Source: Candidatus Heimdallarchaeota archaeon
GTDB lineage: Archaea; Asgardarchaeota; Heimdallarchaeia; JABLTI01
Length of the DNA stretch: 32,000 bases
Direction of reading: 5' to 3'
Assembly: GCA_030614005.1 (NCBI GenBank)
Contig: JAUWKS010000016.1
Location: forward strand, 27,560 to 59,559
A program made the position numbers and the translations under genes. Below, piece by piece: positions 27,048 through 32,000 of this stretch (position 1 is its first letter; each line of letters starts with the position of its first letter). The notes under the pieces are model-generated. The model worked only from the letters and a program-made list of their open reading frames with translations, was not told the DNA's origin and searched no databases.

Positions 27048-29945
27048 TCACTCCTGTTTATGAGGCTTGTATCCTCTTATTAGTGGAATAATCCCACTCA
27101 ACCATCCTATTACTAATGTGAATACACTAGCAAATATTGCAATAATTATTATCCACCATGGTAACCAAAGAATAAATCTCAAATAATTTTCATATAACCC
27201 AAAAATTGCCGTACCTACAATTCGGACAAGTGGTATAAAAGCAAATATTGATACTAAAATAATTGGTAGAGCAATAAATAATAATTCAATTGAAAAATAT
27301 TGCCAAAGTTGTTTTCTTTTACATCCAATTCTATACATTGCTTCAATTATTCTTGTTCTTGCTTGATAGATATTTCTTGCTCCAATATATCCTATGATAA
27401 TTTGACTCAGAAGCGTTATTATCGAACTAAATATTATGAATGCTAGAAAAAAATCACTTATTTCCGAATGAAGTTTTAGCTCAATATCCTCTTGACTCAG
27501 AGCAGAAATACCATGTTCAAACAGCTTTTCCTTTATTAAAGTAGCATTAACATTTTCTTCAATTTTTATTATTAAGCTAGTTTCTTCATTTACTGGGATA
27601 TTATTTGAAGTATTATTGCACAGTTTATCCGCAGTATATCTATTAGTAACTATGTTATAGCTTTCCAGATTCATTAGGAAATTACTTTTGATAGGTTTTT
27701 TCAATAAAGGAAAACAATCAAAAATATCTACTAATACTAAATCTATGTCAGGAGTTAAACCTGTAAACCTGCTACTTGTAAGGATATCACCTGTCTCAAG
27801 ATTATAAGCTGAAGCGTACTCGGAATCTATTAGTATAGTGTCGTTTGTTTCTAACAAGTCAAGTTTTTCCAAATAACCTTCTATCTCATTTATAATATCT
27901 GTTTCAACTATTTCTTTGAAAATTGTTATATTTTCTATTTCTAGAATATTAATTGAAAATGCAGTTGGAAATGATCCCCATAAATTATCGCTATTTAGCT
28001 GCGTTGTTTTTACTTCAGTAATTGCTTCGATACTAGTTATATTTCTAATTGTTTCCTTTAACACTCCACTATCATCTTCCCAATCGAATACTATGAGGTC
28101 AGAACATCCTGCAGATAATTCTGATTCCAATTCATAATGATTATCAATTGATTTTGAAAGCACTAAACCTGGCAGTAATCCAATTCCAATAATCAATGCA
28201 AACATCACTATTGTATGATAATGAGCTCTATCTGTTCCTAAATGCTTCAATGAGAGTGTTAAGAAAGATTTCGTTTTTTGCCATGCACTTTTACTAATAG
28301 CCGTCCAAATGAGTGTGACAACTCTCGAGATTAATGAGAATATTGTGGTAACAACAAAGATAATACCAATTACCAGAAACAACCAAAAGATTGATTCAAG
28401 AGTAATTAGTGGGTTGATAAAATAAAGGTCAAAAGTATTTGTGTTAACAAACGCTGCTATTAGTAGTGCAATGATGACAAGTATCAATCCGATTATCAAA
28501 GAAACGGATTCCGTACTTGCCATAATTTCTCGCATTTTAGTTCTTTTCCTTTTGAAATGCTCGGAAGTGACTTTTGCTGTTTTATCTGCAATATTTCCTT
28601 CCAAAAGAAATCCAAGTATTGCAAAACTTATCCAAAATATCACAAGCGCAAAATAAATTGAAGGTTCTGATAATGAGCCAATATATGTAATGATACTGGT
28701 ATTCCCAATCATTAACGAGAAAAAGAAACCGACCACCACTCCCAAAATAAAACCTAAAAGAAAGCAAATACCGGAAATAAATACATTCTCAACAAAAATA
28801 ACTTTCCTAACAGTTTGTTCATTGAGTCCATGTAATTTCATAAGTCTGAATTTTGTTTCGAGTTCATATGAACCGATTTTTAGTGTTTGCATACAGAGTA
28901 AACCTATTAGGAAAATTAGCGGAGAACTAAGAGCAAAGACTCTAGAAGTTTCCACCGTCCAAGAGATATGAAAATCATATAATGCTTGATAGAGATCTGC
29001 TGCTAAAATGACATTCTGACTAAGGTATGAGGAAACGTATTTTTTTAGGGTGCGTTCATCAATTTTAAAATTATTCAAATATGTACGAATATGTTTTGCA
29101 TCCAGATTTTCTGTATCATAATCGAAGTCTGTTAAAATTGCTATGCTGCCATAATATCGAGAGTAACTATTTATCGTTTCATAGAGAAATGAAGATTTGG
29201 TGAAAAATACTTCTTCTGCATAAAAAATATTATAATTCAGTCTAACAATATCTTCCCAATTCAAAATATCCACAGACTTTTCTGCATGGTATAGGTTTGT
29301 AGCTATACCCTCAACAATACCTACAATTGTACAATTTTTAGCTACATCACTTTCATCTTTGTATCCATTTAATGCATAAATATCATTTAATTCAACAGTT
29401 GAAGTATTATCTTGCTTAAAATACAACAGTTCATTGGAATTTGTTGGCATTCTTCCTTCGGTGATACTATCTTCCATAATTGGTATTGTGGATTCGTCAA
29501 ATGTCATTAAGCCAATGTCTTTCCAGATGAGAAATGTTGGATGATAGTTAAATAATTGTACACTCATTGCTCCTGTATAATCCTCAGTAGCAATGTTTGG
29601 AACGATATCATTAGCCATTTCTGTAAAATCATCAATTGCTTTCTCGAGATAGTTAGATTCAAAATAAGGTGAAAGAGCATTATATTTACACGTATGTACA
29701 CTAATTTGGTTATCATTGTTCCAATCATAATTTGTAGCAATTTTATTATTAAAAAAACTTTGACGATAGGTAAACCAAACCATAAAAAAGGAAGTCAATA
29801 GCAAGAAGATTATTGTACCAGATATTATTGTTAAAAGTAAACGATTTTTCCCTGTTTTCAAAAACACCTTTAAAATATTCTTAAATACAATTTGTTTTTT
29901 TCTTTCAGATTTCTCCAATTCTGAAATATTTATCCAACCCCTCAA
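27048..29945 (-). CDS. FtsX/MacB-type ABC transporter permease (duplicated FtsX)
   Basis: 965 aa; two TM blocks each preceded by a large extracytoplasmic domain; LMKLHGL and AMYRIGC motifs; GCSDLIV. Confidence 0.85.
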   Translation of the reverse strand: MRGWINISELEKSERKKQIVFKNILKVFLKTGKNRLLLTIISGTIIFLLLTSFFMVWFTYRQSFFNNKIATNYDWNNDNQISVHTCKYNALSPYFESNYLEKAIDDFTEMANDIVPNIATEDYTGAMSVQLFNYHPTFLIWKDIGLMTFDESTIPIMEDSITEGRMPTNSNELLYFKQDNTSTVELNDIYALNGYKDESDVAKNCTIVGIVEGIATNLYHAEKSVDILNWEDIVRLNYNIFYAEEVFFTKSSFLYETINSYSRYYGSIAILTDFDYDTENLDAKHIRTYLNNFKIDERTLKKYVSSYLSQNVILAADLYQALYDFHISWTVETSRVFALSSPLIFLIGLLCMQTLKIGSYELETKFRLMKLHGLNEQTVRKVIFVENVFISGICFLLGFILGVVVGFFFSLMIGNTSIITYIGSLSEPSIYFALVIFWISFAILGFLLEGNIADKTAKVTSEHFKRKRTKMREIMASTESVSLIIGLILVIIALLIAAFVNTNTFDLYFINPLITLESIFWLFLVIGIIFVVTTIFSLISRVVTLIWTAISKSAWQKTKSFLTLSLKHLGTDRAHYHTIVMFALIIGIGLLPGLVLSKSIDNHYELESELSAGCSDLIVFDWEDDSGVLKETIRNITSIEAITEVKTTQLNSDNLWGSFPTAFSINILEIENITIFKEIVETDIINEIEGYLEKLDLLETNDTILIDSEYASAYNLETGDILTSSRFTGLTPDIDLVLVDIFDCFPLLKKPIKSNFLMNLESYNIVTNRYTADKLCNNTSNNIPVNEETSLIIKIEENVNATLIKEKLFEHGISALSQEDIELKLHSEISDFFLAFIIFSSIITLLSQIIIGYIGARNIYQARTRIIEAMYRIGCKRKQLWQYFSIELLFIALPIILVSIFAFIPLVRIVGTAIFGLYENYLRFILWLPWWIIIIAIFASVFTLVIGWLSGIIPLIRGYKPHKQE

Positions 29946-30417
29946 ACCAATTAGTGGATACTAATAAAATAGCTCTATTTTTGCTTATAAGAATAATTAC
30001 GATTCTCTGAAAATTGAATCCGACAAATTTAATATTACATGATCGCAATTAAAAAAAATTTTCAGCTTTCGTTTTAGTTACATAAATGAAGTGGATAATC
30101 ACCTAATAAAATTGGGGATAGAATAGACAGGCGTATAAAATAATAAAAAAGAAACTGAAACACTCATTCCGAGCGCCTACTTCATCTAAATTCAATCTTG
30201 TAAGTCTTTAATGAAAAGTAATACTTCAGCAACTAACCAATTTAAACCTCTTTTTTTCTCTCCAAAAAAGGAGACCCATTAACCTACTCTTTAGTATTCT
30301 TAAAAAATTTTTCCACTACTCATTACGTTTGAAAAAGAATAAGTTAATATATTTATTTGTGATAAGATATTATTGAAATTGAAAAGTGAATAAATTATTG
30401 CGGGATAGTATTACAGC

Positions 30418-32000
30418 ATGTTTGTTACTTTGATAAAGACTTTATTTAGAAATAATAAAAGAAATTATTTCTTCTTATTAGTAGGATTTACTTTAGCTAG
30501 CTTATTCCTTACTCAAGTCTTTGTTGTAACTGAGTCTAATGAACTTGCCATTAGAAAGTACATTTACGAAGAAGGTTTTACATCAGCATCTATTAGATGT
30601 TCATCACAATTAGCTTTTTATGATTATTATTTTAATAATAATAATTCTTTTGAAGGATATACCATGCCTTCAGAATTTAACAATATTATAATTGAGGAAA
30701 TTGAACAAAGTCCATTAACTGAAAAAATGCCTTTAAGTTCAACTGCTTTTAGATATTCTGATGCTAGAGCAATTTTAGATAATGGATATCAAACTGGTAG
30801 TTTACCAATAACAGTTATTCCTAACGAAATATTTCAATATATTACACCATTTGCAAATTGGGAGAAATCCAATGTTTCATTAGAGGAGTTTTGTATACTT
30901 CTAGTTGCTAGCAGTGCATTAAGTCCAACAAGTAGTCATAGTTTTCCCTATAATGAATTATTCAATCAGGAAAATGTTACAATGGCAACAATAGATAATG
31001 GAATTTTCTACTCCAATCCAATAACATTCAATTTTACCCACAAAATAACTTATGAGTCAATTGATTTTAATGAAATTTGTAAAATACTAAATACCTATCT
31101 CTATTCTAGTATTAATTCTGGTTTAGTCATCACTGAGAAGTTATTCCAACAGCTACTTACATCAATTAATGCAACCATTGATACTATTGAATATATACAA
31201 AATTTTGAAAGTGTTAGAATTTTTGTTAATGCTAAAGTAATTCATGATTATACTAAATTGGAATGTACATTGGAGGAATATAAACAAATTGCGACTCTGA
31301 GAGGACAGATTCGAGATAACTTGCTTGAAAAGATGCCTTTAATAACTGAATTAAAAGTATTTGGAGCTACCTCTGCTGATGCTGTTACCCTCACCTCTTA
31401 TTATGAAAATTTTAATGTAGAATTTCATTGGGAGCAACTTAGACTTTCTTTTCTAGCAATACCAATAGTGCTATTGCTGTGTTTTTCAATATATTATGAA
31501 AATCAAATATTTAATTCCGCACAAAAGAAATTAACAGAGTTTTTTAGAACACACGGTATTTCTCGAACAAAATTCCTCACTTCTGAATTAGTGTTATTGT
31601 TGCTCTTTGCTTTTGTAGGTCTTGTTGTAGGAGTGTCTCTTGCAATTCCTGTAGCGCTTCTTGGTTATTCTTCTATTGGTTTTTTGGCAACGACAGCAAC
31701 TGCACCAATTGTCATAACTGGATATGCACTTCAACAAACAGCAATTGTTTATAGCTCAATAGTTGCCCTGTTTATTATCCCCTTCTTCATCAATAGATCC
31801 AGAAGCTTTATTCCTTCAAATCAACCAAGAGAAAGAAGGCTAACAGCTAAAACAAGTCAAATTATCTCACTAGTAGCTAGTTCAACAATCACTCTTTCAC
31901 TACTAGCTGTTATGATGTTTGTACCAGCAGATGCTTATGCACGTCAATATTCAACCTATTTATCCATCTATTTTGTTATGTCTCTGCTGACTATTTGTTC
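30418..32000 (+). CDS. FtsX-type ABC permease, 3'-truncated (absent from the ORF track)
   Basis: Frame read codon by codon from ATG 30418 with no stop to the window end; N-terminal TM, about 300-aa extracytoplasmic domain, FFRTHGISRTKF motif, further TMs. Confidence 0.8.
   Translation, partial: MFVTLIKTLFRNNKRNYFFLLVGFTLASLFLTQVFVVTESNELAIRKYIYEEGFTSASIRCSSQLAFYDYYFNNNNSFEGYTMPSEFNNIIIEEIEQSPLTEKMPLSSTAFRYSDARAILDNGYQTGSLPITVIPNEIFQYITPFANWEKSNVSLEEFCILLVASSALSPTSSHSFPYNELFNQENVTMATIDNGIFYSNPITFNFTHKITYESIDFNEICKILNTYLYSSINSGLVITEKLFQQLLTSINATIDTIEYIQNFESVRIFVNAKVIHDYTKLECTLEEYKQIATLRGQIRDNLLEKMPLITELKVFGATSADAVTLTSYYENFNVEFHWEQLRLSFLAIPIVLLLCFSIYYENQIFNSAQKKLTEFFRTHGISRTKFLTSELVLLLLFAFVGLVVGVSLAIPVALLGYSSIGFLATTATAPIVITGYALQQTAIVYSSIVALFIIPFFINRSRSFIPSNQPRERRLTAKTSQIISLVASSTITLSLLAVMMFVPADAYARQYSTYLSIYFVMSLLTIC

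Noticed and set aside
29946-30417. 470-nt divergent intergenic region as ncRNA or mobile element
   Set aside because: AT-rich with homopolymer runs and no convincing stem, terminal repeats or ORF; consistent with divergent promoters.

Overview
Low-GC (roughly 30-32%, estimated by eye) archaeal chromosomal segment, most likely from an Asgard archaeon. That assignment is inferred from the archaeal 20S proteasome genes, GAGGT/GGAGG ribosome-binding sites, TATA-type promoters, roadblock/longin-like proteins and expanded Lrp-like and FtsX-permease families. The left half (1-17 kb) is mostly housekeeping: DMT transporter, OGG1-type glycosylase, APH-family kinase, agmatinase, tandem-SIS isomerase, PDCD5-like protein, a RadA-NTD/roadblock fusion, a wHTH protein, an unusual adjacent psmB-psmA pair, two HADs, a HEAT protein, lipoate ligase plus LipS2, and an SDR. 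The right half (17-32 kb) looks accessory. It holds an unannotated 48-aa signal-peptide-like ORF co-oriented with a 590-aa HTH/Lrp-like regulator, with a palindrome upstream, a hairpin+U-tract between the two genes and a multi-hairpin island downstream. This is the best candidate for an undescribed system (peptide-regulator signalling or attenuation cassette). It is followed by decayed ORFs, an orphan ~7TM histidine kinase and a MacB/FtsX-type ABC cluster (double-NBD ATPase with an AbrB-like linker, one frameshifted permease, two other large permeases). No rRNA, tRNA, CRISPR array or transposase/integrase was recognised. All assignments come from motif reading only; no searches were run.
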